The notes under the pieces: model-generated | The model's input: only the letters and a program-made list of their open reading frames with translations | Told to the model about the DNA's origin: nothing | The model's database searches: none | Shown: positions 36,464-49,500 of the stretch, piece after piece | How the letters are laid out: every line of letters starts with the position of its first letter | Numbering within the stretch: the stretch's first letter is position 1 | Assembly: GCA_016218495.1 (NCBI GenBank) | Contig: JACRDU010000162.1 | Span: 1 to 64,000, forward strand | Reading direction: 5' to 3' | DNA from: Elusimicrobiota bacterium | GTDB taxonomy: Bacteria > Elusimicrobiota > Elusimicrobia > UBA1565 | Length of the DNA: 64,000 nucleotides | Translations under genes and position numbers: made by a program

Positions 36464-36537
36464 GTGTCAGACTTTCGGAACTTTCGAAAGTTCGAAACTC
36501 TGTCGGAACTTTCGAAAGTTCCGAAAGTCTGACACCA
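36464..36537. repeat. AT-rich nested inverted repeat. 30-bp perfect stem GGTGTCAGACTTTCGGAACTTTCGAAAGTT...AACTTTCGAAAGTTCCGAAAGTCTGACACC containing two copies of the 18-bp palindrome GGAACTTTCGAAAGTTC(C/G). Candidate terminator and/or operator.
   Basis: Read directly. Lies immediately after the TAA stop of the 36540 gene and about 80-150 bp upstream of the 34889..36385 gene. Flanked by small GC hairpins (GCGCGAAGCGCGC). Confidence 0.8.
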
Positions 36538-36539
36538 GT

Positions 36540-37502
36540 TTAGAATTTCAGGAGGAGGGAGAAGCGGAAGGTGTTGCCGAGGTCGCCGTAGGGGACCCAG
36601 GCGAAGTCGAAGCCGGCGCGGTAGAACTGCACGCCGGCGCCCATCGTGAGGAGGTTCTGCCCGTCGTTGTCCATGCGGTGGGTGTTGACGCCGGCCCGCA
36701 GCGCGCCGGAGACGTTCGCCGTGAACGGGTGCAGGTACTCGACCCCGCTGCCCACGAACAGGTCGGTGTCGCGGTACTTTGTCACGTCCAACGAGGCCCG
36801 GACCCGCTTGGTCAGCTGGGTGCCGGAGCCGACGACGAAGCCGCGCGGGAGCGGGTCGGAGACTCCCGCGAAGGAGATCTCGCTGCCGATGTTCTTGACC
36901 ACGGCGGAGAGCCAGACCGGCCGCCCCCACACGCTGGGCAAGGTGAACAGGCCCCCGAAATCGGTGGCGAAGGCAGAGGCCGAGTAGCTGTCGATGGTCT
37001 CGTGGATGAGCTTGCCGGTGACGCCCAGGCTCAGCCGCGGAGACAGCCGGTAGGCGTAGGAGAGGTTGTAGGAGTAGTCCCCGGCCCCGAAGCTGCCGGT
37101 CGGCGAGCGCGTGTCGGCGGTGTGGCGCTCGATGTCGGAGATGGAGAGGTTGTAGATGGCCGCTCCGATGGCGTGCTTGGAGTGGTCGGCCTGGCGGCCC
37201 ATCGGGTAGACGAAGCCGGCGAACTCGTAGCTGATGCCCTGGAAGTGCTCGGCATGCGCCGCGGCCAGCTGGCTGGTCGACAGGCGGGTCATGGCCGCCG
37301 GGTTGTAGTACACCGCGTAGACGTCGTCGGCCAGAGCCGAATACGCCTCGCCCATCGCGCCGGCGCGGGAGCCCGCGCCGAGCTTGAGGAACTGGGCGGC
37401 GCTGGTGCCCGCGTTGGGGTTGATGGCCAGGGCCGGGCGCGCGGCGGCGCAGACGAGCCCGAGGGCCGCCAGCAGCGCGAAGAGTCGGACCCGGTTGGTC
37501 AC
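36540..37502 (-). CDS. FadL/PorV-like outer-membrane beta-barrel (module 2 partner of the 8,185-aa CTD protein)
   Basis: Signal MTNRVRLFALLAALGLVCAAARPALA. FadL hatch-type motif FLKLGAGSRAGAMGEAYSALADDVYAVYYNPAAM. C-terminal FRFSLLLKF. ATGA overlap with the giant-gene stop. Paralog of 21643..22587. Confidence 0.65.
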   Translation of the reverse strand: MTNRVRLFALLAALGLVCAAARPALAINPNAGTSAAQFLKLGAGSRAGAMGEAYSALADDVYAVYYNPAAMTRLSTSQLAAAHAEHFQGISYEFAGFVYPMGRQADHSKHAIGAAIYNLSISDIERHTADTRSPTGSFGAGDYSYNLSYAYRLSPRLSLGVTGKLIHETIDSYSASAFATDFGGLFTLPSVWGRPVWLSAVVKNIGSEISFAGVSDPLPRGFVVGSGTQLTKRVRASLDVTKYRDTDLFVGSGVEYLHPFTANVSGALRAGVNTHRMDNDGQNLLTMGAGVQFYRAGFDFAWVPYGDLGNTFRFSLLLKF

Positions 37503-40500
37503 AGGCCGCTCCCCTTGATGACGGCCATCTTGTGGTAGACGCTCTGGCCGTTCACCGTGTACTCCAGGATGTATACGCCCGAGGCCACCGGCCGGCCCGC
37601 GGCGTTCGTGCAGTCCCAGAAATCGTAGTTGTGCGTGCCGCCGTTGGCGGTCTTGTGGAACTCGTCGACCAGCTCGCCGGCGACGTTGTAGATGCGGAAG
37701 CGGTGGTCGAGCGGCGTGACGGCGCCGGGCGCGGCGTAGTGGATGACGGTGCCGACGCCGGTCAGCGCGCCCGCCGCGCAGGAGCCCTCGGCCACGTTGC
37801 AGTTGATGGTGCGGCTGCGGCAGTCGAACGGGTTCGGGAAGTTGAAGGCGATGGGCTTCTCGTCGCGGAAGGTGGCCGCCCCGACCAGCCCCGGCGCCCC
37901 GTTGAGGACGACGAAGGTGGAGAAGTGGTCGACCGAGACCGTGATGGTCTTGTTGATGGTGTCGATGCGCTTGTTGTTGGTCTCCTCGACCGGCGCCTGG
38001 CCGTTCGAGATGCTCCAGATCTTCAAAGCGGAGACGGAGGTCGTCGTCGCCAGCGAGGTGTCGTAGGGCAAGGTCAGGTCGACGGGCTTGGTGAGCTGGG
38101 CCCGGATGCCCAGCGGCAGGAAGACCTCGTAGAAGGAGCTGAACGGGTTGGCCTTGAAGGCGTTGTTGGTCGCGGTGGAAGCCGCCAGCGGGCCGTAGGC
38201 CGAGGCCTGCAGGGCCTGGATGCGGGCCGGCACGTAGCCGAGCTGGGCCATGGACAGCTGGGCCGCCTGGTTGGCGTCGAGCGAGCCCTGGACGCCGACC
38301 TGGACCTTGTTCTTGTCGCCCAGCTTGCCCTGGCAGTTATAGTTCGTGTCCCCGGCCGAGCAGCCCTCGAAGGAGCCGGGGGCGAAGTTCAGGCCGAACT
38401 TCTCCGAGTCGCCCTGGCCCTCGACGCGCTCGGAGGTCTGCAGGTTGACCTGGCCGCCCTGCGAGTTGTTGACCGGCTTGTTGGCCTGGGAGGTGATGAC
38501 GCGGTTCGAGCCGTTCTGCGACACCGCGGCGGCGAAGTCGAAGACCTTGAGCAGGGTGAAGTTCTCGCCCGTGGTCGGGTCGACGGTGGCCATGACGGCG
38601 TTGAGCTTGATGGAGAAGTTCTTCTCGGAGGCCGAGCCCGCCCGGTACACGACCGTGATTTCCTTGCGGTTGGACTCGATCTTCTTGTCCGAGCCGCCCA
38701 GCAGGGCGCCCTGGCCGTTCGGCGCGGTGTAGTTCGTCCCGTTGGAGGCGAAGCTCGAGACGCTGACGATGGTGTCGACGTCGTCGTCGGAGGCCAGGAG
38801 CTTGCGCAGCGGCTGCGAGCAGGCGATCTTGACCTGGAACTGCCCGTTGCCGAGCGCCTTCTCCCTGGAGTCCGCGTAGCAGTCCGGCGCCGTGCGGCTG
38901 TAGGTCAGGTTGACGGTCTTGGTCGTCGTGCTCTCGGCGGCCGAGAAGGATATCCCCTGGCCTTCCGCCGGGTAGACGACGTCGAGGTCGTCGCGGTGCG
39001 GCGGGAGGATGACCACGTTGTAGCTGACGCCCGGCTCGAAGCCGGAGATGGAGTAGCTGTTCACCGTGCGCGCCGTCTGGTCGATGGAGACCGAGCCGAT
39101 GATGAACTTGGAGAAGTCGCTGTTGGCGGCGGCCACGCCGCCGACCTCCTCGGTGCTGGGCGAGGTGCCGTTGGGCAGGAGGATGCGGCCCTGCAGCAGG
39201 CCGCCGCGGGCCAGGGTCAGGCCGGGGGCGCACAGGCCGACCACGGTGGTCGTCGAGATGCAGAAGCTGCCGGCATTGACGGTGACGGTGGCCGTGGCCA
39301 CCCCGAAGCCCAGGCTGACCGCGCGGATGGTGTAGCTGCCCACGGCGACGCCCGGGAAGCTGAAGCTGCCGTCGGAGAGAGTGTCCACCTCGGTGTCGCC
39401 CAGCGGGTTGTCCAGCGACACGACCCCGAGGGGCTGGAGGAAGACGGCCGCGGCAGGATAGCCCTGGTTCTCGCCGAACGGATAGGCGAGCGGGGACCCG
39501 TCGTCGGTCAGCACCTGGCCGGTCACGGACCCCAGCAGGGCGTTCAACTGGATGTTCAAAGGAGTGGTGGACACCGCCAGGCGGATGAGGTCGACCTGGG
39601 CGTAGCGTACGCCCGAAGCGGCCTGGTTGCCGTCGCGCGGCGCGACGGTGACGTCGTACTGCGGCGATACGAAGGTGGAGACCCAGAGGGTGAATTCGCC
39701 GTTGGCGTTGGAGAAGGTCTCCACCACCAGGGACACGTCGCCGTGCGAAGGCTTCGCCACCAGCTTGATGTTGCCCAGGGCCGTGGTGGTGGAGGCGGCG
39801 TCCACCAGAGTGCCCTTGATGGAGGTGCCCTGGTTCATCGACAGGGTACCGACGTCCTTGCGCTCGAAGGGCTGCAGGGACAGGCCGCCCAGCTCGACGG
39901 GCGAGTAGTTCTGCGACCCCTGGGCCAGGAAGGCCAGGTCCCACTTGTCCTGGAAGACCTTCAGGTCGTAGGGGGTGTCGGGGAAAAGCGGGCCGACCAG
40001 GAAGGTCCCGTCGGCGCGGATGGGGCGGGCGGAGACGCTGGAGGCCGCCTGGGCGAAGCCGCCCTCCACCCACGGGTTCGCCGTGGCGGTGATGCGCAGG
40101 TTCGGCGGCAGGACCTTGGCGTTGCGCTCGGTGAAGAGCTCGCCCGAGGCGGCGTCCTGGAGCTTGCCGGTCAGGTAGCCCGCCCGGCGCATGAGGACGT
40201 CCTGGCTGACCAGGTTCGCCGCCAGGCCGCCCGGTGACTGCGCCGAATCGGGGAAGCGGATGGGGCGGCCCAGGTACTTGGGCTCGGAGGCCGCGTCCTC
40301 GACGCTCAGGGTGTAGAATTCGCCGGCCGGCAGGCCTTCCAGGCGATAGCTGGTGGAGGCGGCCGTTACGCCCGCGGCCGAGTTGCCCAAGGCCACGGTG
40401 GTGGAGCGGACCACCTCGAGGCGGCGGTTGCGCAGGGTCAGACGCAGCGTCCGGAAGTCCTGGACACCGGCGGCCAGGGTCAGGACTCCGGTCACCGAGT

Positions 40501-43500
40501 AGCCGTCGGTGAGCGTGAAGGTGGAGGCCTGGACCGAGGCGGTGCCGACAGCCACGATCTGGGCCAGGCGCGGGACGACGACGGCGCAGGTGGTGCAGGC
40601 GGTGCCGGCGGCGTCCATGCGGCTGCGGATGTCGGCCGTCCGGACCAGGTAGACGCCGGGCGGCACGTTGCGGATGGTGTAGGTGCCGGCGCTGGTCAGA
40701 TAACCCACGCGGTCGGTGGCCGGGTTGAAGGAAGTGGAGGTGCCGACCCCGAACTCCTGGCGGATGGCGACGACGCGGGCCAGGGAGTTGGTGGAGGTCA
40801 GCACATCGCCGAGGTCCACAGTGGCCGGGTCGACGGGCACGTCCGCCCCCGTGCGGCCTTTCACGGGCAGGTGGCCGGCGTTCGCCACCAGCTTGGGATT
40901 GGTGTTGAAGTTCGTGTTGCTGATCTGGTTGAGGACGGCCCCGGAGATGGCGAAGGTCTGGTCGGTCAGGTCGACGAAGACCGTCGTCGTGGAGCCGTTG
41001 ACGATGGAGACGCGCTTCCTCACCGAGCGTCCCGTCGTCTTGTAGACGAAGGTCACATCGACGGTCTCGGTGTTGTTGCCGGTGAGGAGGAACGTCCCGG
41101 TGCTGGCCGTCGTGCTCCAGCCGTCGAGCGCGGTCGCGACCTCCTCGAAGCGCTTGCCGACCCTCTCGGGGCGGACGGCGGCGATGGTCTCGCCGAAAAG
41201 GGTCACGTTGCCGAAGTCGGTGTTCCCGTTGGGGATGAGGATGGTGCCGGAGACCACGCCGCTGGCCGCCTCGAAGCTGAAGGCCACATCGCCCTGGCCG
41301 GTGGTGGTCGACAGCGTCACCTCGCGCGAGAACCCGCCGGGCACCTCGAACTCCGTGTTGCCGCGGCTCTCGATGCCGGCGAAGACCTGGTACTTGATGC
41401 CGGGCTCCAGGCCGGTGAGCTGGACGGCCACCGAGGACAGCGTGGCGGACACCGGGATGTCGACGGAGCGGTAGGCCTGGTTCGGGGTGTTCGGCGCCCA
41501 GGCGTTGAGATGGATGCGCACGGAGGGCCCGCCGGGCTCGAGGGCCGGGAAGAGGCTGGTGTCCCCGGTCACCGACAGGGTGGCGGTCAGGACCGACGTG
41601 TTCGACGCCGGGAAGGAGGAGAAGTTGACCACCGTATCGACGCCGGAGAGGATGGTCGCCGAGTCGATGAAGACGGCCTTGTAGCCCTGGGTATTCGCCG
41701 TCAGGCGGTAGGAGCCGGGCTTGAGGCCGTCGACCCGGTAAGTGTCCGAGGCCACCCCGACGGGCAGTTCCACGCCGCCGAAACCGCCCTCGATGCGGGT
41801 CTCGGTGGAAATCGGCACGGCGCTGACCGAGACGAAGGCCCCGGTGGTATTGCTGCCGTTGGGCAAGGCCACGGTGCCGGTGAATGCTCCGCGGCGGCTG
41901 AAGACGGGCAAGGTCAGGCGCGTCTCGCCGGAGCCGGCCACGAACACGGACTGGCTCACGTCTTCGAAGCCCTCCAGGCGCGCCCGGACGGTGTAGGTGT
42001 CCGAGCCGACCTGGAAGCGCAGGACGGTCTTGGTGACGAAGGCGTTCACCGAGTTGTCGTACTGTCCGCCGTCGTCGAAGGTGGTGGTCCCGGCCTCGAG
42101 GCGCATCGGCCCGTTGCGGGAGAAGGTGCCGCTGGCGTTGGAAATCTGCAGCTCGCCCCACAGGGTGAAGGCCTGGGTGGAGGTGACCGGGATGTTGGGC
42201 ACGACGATCAAGGACGGCGCGCGGCTCATCAGGACGCGCACCGGGGCCGTGGAGGACTGGAAGGAGGCCGTGGAGAGCTCGACCTGGGAGTTGAACGGGG
42301 CCGTAGAGCGCACGGTGGAATCCGCGTTGACGGTGACCGAGGCGCGTCCCACCAAGTAGCCGTCCTTGGTGATGTTGAGGCGGTAGCCGCCGGCCGACAG
42401 GCCGTTGAGCGAGGCCGCGCCCTGGGCGTCGGTCAGCAGAGTACCGCCGCCGAACTGGCCGAAGTACTCGATGTTCACACCCGACAGCGGCAAGTTCGGC
42501 GTCACGCCGGAGTCGAAGACCTTGAGCGACAGGGCGGCGGACTGGACCGTGATGCGCAGGGAGTCGTTGCTGATGCCGCCCGCCTCGATGCGCACATAGT
42601 AGACGCCCTGGCCCACGCGCAGGCCGGCATAGTCGCGGCCGTCCCAGGCAATCTGTCCGCGGGCGGGCTGGCCGCTGCCGGAGAAGAAGGCCACCGGGTT
42701 CGGAGCGGCATCGGCCTTATAGGGGGTCGACGCGATGGACACCGTCCAGAACAGCGACTGGTCCGCGATATTGAAGTTGATGAAGGCCAGGTTGGGCGAG
42801 AGCGGGTTGCCGTCGGGCCGGATGGTGACCGTGGTCTGCGCCACCGACGGGTTGGGCTGAGTGGACACGCGCACGCCGGTCAGCGGGTCGACGGCCAGAG
42901 CGAAGACGCCGGCATAGCCCGTGGTGCCGGGAGCAAGGAGGTTGGAGGCGATTTCAACGGCCAGGTCGCCGGCCGTGGCCGCCCGGAGCCGGTAGGTGGC
43001 GCTGCTGGTCCCGGCGGCGAAGGTGACCACGGCGGTCGAGTCGAACACCCCGGCGATGCTGGAGGAGATCCTCAGCCCGGGCTCGTCGACGAAGGCGGCG
43101 GTCTGGTAGCTGAAGCGCTTGGCGCGCAGCACCACGTTGGCGACCGAGGCCACCGGGGTCCGGTTGCCGCACAGGTCGACGGCTTCGAGCAGCAGGCGTT
43201 GGGAGGTGGCGCCTTGGATGAGGCCGATGAACGGCTCGGCGGAGTGGACCGCCGCAGCGGCCCCCAGCGTCACATCGACGATAGGATTGCCCGAGAACAG
43301 CGGGGCCGGAGGCGCGGTCTGGGTGGAGGCCGAGCCGAAGAAGAACTGCGAGGGGCCCGTGAAGCAGGGCACGGCGGCGTTATAGAGGAACTGGACGGTC
43401 GAACCGGCCGCCAGCGGGGTACCGCCCACGCGGACGATGATGCCGGGCGCGCCGCCCGGGGCGGGCTGGGTGGAGACGGCCGGCCCGGCCGGGCTGAGGG

Positions 43501-46500
43501 TGACGGTCGTGAAGCCGGGGCTCATCGAACTGTCGGACTGCGGCGGAGTCCAGCCGAAGGGCAGGCCGAAGGCCACCGCGCCGCCCGCGCCGATGCCGCT
43601 CGGACCGACCACGAAGCTGCTGATGAAGACCTGGGCCGAGCCGGCCGCGGCCTGGCTGGAGTTGATGTTGACGAAGCCTTCGCCGGAGACCCCGTCCTGG
43701 CCCAGCTTGAAGCCCGGGTCGCGGATTTCGAAGTCCACGCCGTCGCGCGCCGCGTTGTCGGGCACGTAGATGGGCTCGGCGCCCTGGCCGTTGGGGCTGT
43801 AGACGCCCATCGGCTCATCGGGGTTCGGGATGAAGTCGTTGTTGACGTCGAGGAAGGCGCGCACGGCGTAGGGCTGGCCGCCCGGGACGCTCAGGTCGTA
43901 GGGGCCCACGCCGGTGGGGATGGAGCGCACCGCCAGCGGGCGGCCCTGGAAGGAGGAATCCGGCCAGAACTCGATGCGCAGCACGCCCTGGCGGGAGCCC
44001 GTGTAGCTGATGACGCCGGTGACGCGTCCTTCCAGCCCGCCGTAGGCGGCGGTGGAGGGGTTGATGACCAGCGACAAGCCGGCCACTTCCTGGCCCGCGC
44101 GCAGGAAGATGGGCGTCGCCGTAGGCGGAGCCGTGGAGAAGACGGCGAAGTCCTCGCCCTGGTCCGGGGAGTTGTTGAAGTTCACGTCGACGAAGGCCCC
44201 CATGTAGTAGCTGGTCTCGGAAGCCAGGTTCTGGAAGCTGAAGGCGCCGGGCCCGGGCAGGTCGCGTCCATCGACGAAGGCGCCTTCGGAGTCGAAGTTC
44301 TCCTGGTTGAAGAGGGCCATGACGATCTTGCCGCCCTGCGAGCCCGAGTAGATGACCTCGCCGGCGATGGAACCGGGCGTGCCGCCGGAGTTCTGCAGCG
44401 CGATCTTGTAGGCCCCGACGATGCCGGGGGCGTAGAAGGTGGCCGCCAGGGTGTAGTCCCCGGTCCCAGGCAGGGTCACCTGCAGCCGCGCGTCGCCCTG
44501 GTTGGCGCCGCCTTCGTCGGCCTGGGCCACCAGTTGGCCGTGCTCGTCATAGAGGTAGAGGTAGTTGTCCTCGGTCGCCTCCATCGTGGCGTCGAGGATC
44601 TGGCCGCGCGTGCCGTGGAAGGTCAGGAGCTGCTGCGACGAGCCCAGCGTCTCGCTCTCGCGGGAGTAGCAGGAGCCGCCGTTGATGGTGCCAGCGTTCT
44701 GGGCGCCCGGAGACAGGTCGAGCGACACCCGGTCGCAGACCGGCATCAGCAGACCGGTGACGGGGCCGAACACCGAGATACCCTGGGCGTCGGTCAGGCC
44801 GAAGGGCTCCGAGATGTCGGGCTGCTGGTTGCCGTTGCGGTCCAGGAAGCCGCGCAGCCAAGCCTGCCCGTCCGGGAGGCCTGAGAAGGTGAAGCTCTGG
44901 GGAGCAGCGCTGAACGGCAGGGTGGAAAGCCGGATCAGGTCGTCGGTGCTGCCGTCGTTGTCGGTGTCCTTGAAGAGGGCGAGGTAGAAGGTCCCGGTGG
45001 AGAAGCTCCCACGGTACTCGAGGGTCCCCGACAGGCTCGAGGAGCCCACCGGCCCGCCCTGGCCGGCGTCGCTGAGCGTGCCCACATGGCCGCCTGAGAA
45101 CGGGGCGTCGGCCGTGACCGTCAGCCCGCTCCCCCCCGCCACGAGCCCGAAGGCCTCGAACTGGGGCTCGTAGGCCTGGTTCCCGTTGGGGTCCTTGAAG
45201 GCGCGCAGATAATACGTGCCGTTGGGCAGGTTGTCGGCGGCGAAGGAGATGGCCCCGAACTGGGCTCCCGGGGTCGCGGTCCGGAACGGGGCGCCGACGA
45301 AGGTGTTGGTGGTGAAGGCCTGGACGACGATCGGGCCGGGCTGGCCGCCGCTGTAGGTCAGCACGCCCTCGATGCGCCCGACCGCGCCGCCCGACCCGCC
45401 CGCCCCGGCGTCGAAGACCACCAGGTCGATGCCGGCGACCTGCTGGCCCAGGTGGCCGAGGTTCACCAAGGAATCGCGGCGGAAGAAGGGCTCGCCGAAG
45501 TCCGAGCGCTGGTTGCCGTTGGAATCCACGAAGGCGTACATGCGGAACGGCCCGGTGGACAGGAAGGCCGCGGAGTAAGCGTAGGTCGACACGCCGGCCG
45601 TGCGCGGTATGGACACGGAACGGAAGCCTCCCTCGTGGCTGCCGCCCATGGTCTCGCGCTGGGCCTGGACGACCAACGGACCCTCCACGGTTCCCGAGTA
45701 CTGGACCGTGCCGGAGACGGCGCCGGTGGCCGGGTCCACCACGGTGAAGGCCACGCCCACCGAGCTCGACAGCGGCACGAAGGTCTGGGAGCCAGTGTCG
45801 CCGGACGGCTCGACCAAGGAGCCGCCCTCGTCGATCTGGCCGTTGGCGTTCTTGTCGATGAAGGCGCCGACGTAGTAGGTGGTGCCGCCCTGGATGCCCG
45901 AGCGGGAGAAGTAGCCCGTGGCGGACTGGGTCAGGTAGTACGGGATGTAGTTGAAGTTCTGGTCCGTGGCGAAGGCGACGAAGAGCGTGCCGGTGGAGGC
46001 GCCGTTATAGGTGACGGTGCCGAAGATGACCGAGGTGCCCGAGGTGCCGGTGCCGGGGTCGCGGACCAGCAGGTTCACCGTGCTGGTGGAATTCGCCTGG
46101 ACCGTCACCGGCGTGGAGGAGCCTTTGGCCTCCAGCGCGTCGCCGCGATTGTTGGCGTTCTGGTCCACGAAGGCCTGGACGATGTAGTTGGTGGCCGGGG
46201 CGATGAAGTCCAGCGCGTAGGACCCCGCGAACGGGATGGTGGTGAAGGCGACGACGTTGAGGTCGCTGCAGTCGCTGCAGGCGCGGCGGCCCACCTCGAT
46301 GCGGATGGTGCCGGCCAGGCTGCCCTGGCGCAGGATGGAGCCTTCGATGCGGCCCACGGACGGGTCGGCCAAAGCGATGTCCGCGCTGCCCACCGAGGCC
46401 ACGCCGCCCGTCACGGTGATGGCGGTGGGAGAGGACTCGCTGAAGCCGTAGGCGCCGGAGGGTTCGCCCGGGTCCTTGGCGAAGTTGAAGTTCTCGTCGC

Positions 46501-49500
46501 GGAAGGCGCGCAGATAGAAGGCGCCGTCCTTGAGGTTCCCGATGGTGAAGGAGCCGGTCCCGAACTGGTCCTGGACATGGAACGGGAAGGCGTCGGCGTC
46601 CGGCCGGTCGAAGAGCTGCAGGCGGATGGGGCCGGTCTTCGAGCCCGAGTAGGAGGTCACGCCGGCGATCTGGCCCGTGAACCCGCCGTAGACGTTCATC
46701 AGCAGGTCGTAGAAGCCGGTCTGGCCCGAGAAGAAGGAGGTCGGCTCAACGACATAGATGCCCGGCTCGTTGGCGAGGAAGGTCACATGGGGGTTGCCCG
46801 GGGTGTTGTCCCGCGCCACCACCTGGCCGGACGGGCCCAGCACGATGAGCTCTGAGTCGAAGCCCGGGGTGACCAGGCTGATGTCGACGCTGGAGCCCGT
46901 GCCGATGGAGCCGGCGGCGCCGCCGCCCGCCCGGAAGGTGTAGAGGTCGGTGTAGAAGCCGGGGCCCTTGTCGAGAGCGGGGCAGTCGCCGGCCTGGAAC
47001 TGCCCCGTGGCATCGAGCCCAAGGCGGAGCGCCGCGCGGTCGCAGATGGTCACGGGGCGGTTCGCCACCGTGTTGCCGTTGATGATGTTGAGCGGGAACG
47101 GACCGACGATGCCGCCGTGCGTGCCCGAGGGCTCGGTGGCCGCGTCCTGAGAGTTGTCCGCATTCACGTCGCGGAAGCCGCGCAGGTAGTAGACGCCGTC
47201 GTTGAGGCCGGTGAAGCTGAAGTCGCTCAAGGTGCTCTCGGCCAGGAACGGGTCCTCGCGGCGCGGGCTGGTGGAGAGACGGACGCGATAGGCGCCCTGG
47301 CTCGTGGCGGTGAAGGTGCTGATGGAGCCCGAGACCGTACCGCCCACGGCGGGGCGCACGGCCAGGGCGCCCGAGGCGCCGCCGACGTTGCCGCCCCAGT
47401 CGATGGCCAGGACGCGGTAGATGTTGTCCACCCCGCCGATGGGGCTCAGGTCGGTGAAGGCGGGGGCGGCCACGATGCCGGACACGCCGAAGACCGTCTG
47501 GTTGCTCAGAGTCGCGAAATTGGCGGTCCCGGCGGTGGTGCGCTGGACCCGGTAGCCGGCCAGGTCGGCAAGAGGAGTTCCGTTCTGGTTCAGGGTCGGG
47601 GCGTTCCAGGTCAGCGCGACCCGTCCCAGCGAGAGGGTGGCCAGCAGGCCGGCCGGCGCCGCCGGCGTGACGGTGTCGGCGACGACGGAGAAATTCTGCC
47701 CGATGACGGGCGAGGCGACCACGGCCACGGCACCGCCCAAGGTCCCCTGGTCCTCGCCCGCTTCGCGCGTGCCGTTGGCGTTGACGTCGACGAAGGCGCG
47801 CACGAAGTAGCTGCCGGCGCCCAGCGCCAGGTAGTAGGGCTGCTGGGACGACTTCGGCATGCGGACCGAGGCGGCTTGGCCGGCGAACGGGGCGGAACTG
47901 GTGAAGGCCTGGATATAGACGTCCCCGGTCTGGGTCCCTGTGTACGAGACCAGGCCGGCGATGGAGGGGTCGACGGAGGGCAAGGTCACGACGGACTGGA
48001 CGGAGCTGGGCGCCGAGAAGCCGCCGTTGGGGCTCTGCGCCTTGACCTGGAAGTAATAGGTGGTGGCCGGGGCCAAGCCGATGGCGGCCCTGGTCAGGGC
48101 CGGGCTGTATTGGACAGCCTGGAACGGCCCGGCCGCCACGGTGGCCGATTCGAGCTGGTAGTAGGCCAGGGAGCCGTTCCCGTTGGCGGTCCAATCCACG
48201 GTGAAGCTGGACACTCCCACGTTGGAGAAGGTGGGCGCGCCGGGGGTGACGGCGGCGGCGGCCGGGATGCCGAACACGGCGCGGATGCCGCCGGCGCCCT
48301 GGTTGTTGACCGCCTGGATGCCGCGGATGGCCGAGGTGGACGCCGCGGAGGCGGCCTCGATGTAGGTGGAGGCCGAGCCCGGCAGGGCCACGACCACCGC
48401 GCTCGAAGCGTCGAGCAGCAGGTAGCCCGTGGCGCCCTGGACCTGGGACCACTGGAAGGTCAGTTGGGTGTCGGAGAAGGCCCCCAAGCCGAACGAGCCC
48501 ACCGCGGCCGGGGGCTGCGGCGTGCCGACGCGCATCTCGGCGTTGGCGAAGCCGCCGGACGGGACGGACAGGAATGCGTCGTTGACGGTGAACGGCTCGT
48601 TGGCCTCGAATTGGCCGTTGAAGTTGAGGTCGGCGAAGCCCACCAGGCGGTAGTCGGTGGCGGGCTTGAGCAGGCCCATGAAGAAGTCGAAGCTGCCTCC
48701 GGCCGGCAGGCTGGGGACGAAACGGAAGTCGCGGGCCTCCGGCGCGAAGGAAGCCGTTCCCGGCACCCCGTGACCGGCCACGATGATGAAGCGCTTGTTG
48801 TTGACGGCCTGGTCGAAGAACACCCGGCCCTGGATGCCGCCCATGTCTCCGAGGGTCACCGTGCCGATGTTGGCGCCGGCCGCCGAGCTGACGGCGATGG
48901 GTGAGAGCAGGCTGGACAGCTGCGACATGACGATCTGGCTGGGGGCCAGGTTGTAGCCGCCCAACGGCTCGGGACCGTCGGGCTGGTCGTTGTAGTTGCC
49001 GTCCCGGAAGGCGACGAGGTAGTAGTTCGCGGGGATGGGGAGCCCCGTGACGGTGAACGGCCCGGCCGTGGGGGTCTTGAGCCCGCCGACGAAGTTCACC
49101 TCATGCTCGAAGTCGGGCGAGGTGGTCACCCCGATGTTGAACTGGCCGAAGTCCATGAGGCCCGAGTAGGCGAGAGAGCCAGAGATCTGGCCGAGCCCGC
49201 TGTAGACGGTGAAGCTGACGGCCGCCGTAGAGCCGATGGGCGCCTGGAACATAGGCAGCTTCCCGCTCTGCTGGTTGGGGTCGGCCTGGGCGTAAGCCTC
49301 CACCGTGAAGAACCCGCCGAAGGGGACATGGAGGACGTACGGATAGCTGCCGGCCCCGGCCAATGAGACGACGGCCGTGCTGACGGTCGGGTTGCAGCCG
49401 AAGGGGGCGTACTGGCAGTCCTGCTTCAGGTTCACTATGAGGTTGGAACCGGACAGGGCGCCGAGGTAGTTGATGGACCCGGCCACGGCGGAGGTGGTGG

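Noticed and set aside
36464-36537. CRP/FNR-type (TGTGA-N6-TCACA) or sigma-54 (-24 GG / -12 GC) interpretation of the palindrome
   Set aside because: The flanks GTGTCAGAC/GTCTGACAC do not fit the TGTGA...TCACA spacing. No TGGCAC-N5-TTGC arrangement is present. The co-encoded cNMP-binding protein lacks an HTH, so nothing supports a CRP operator.
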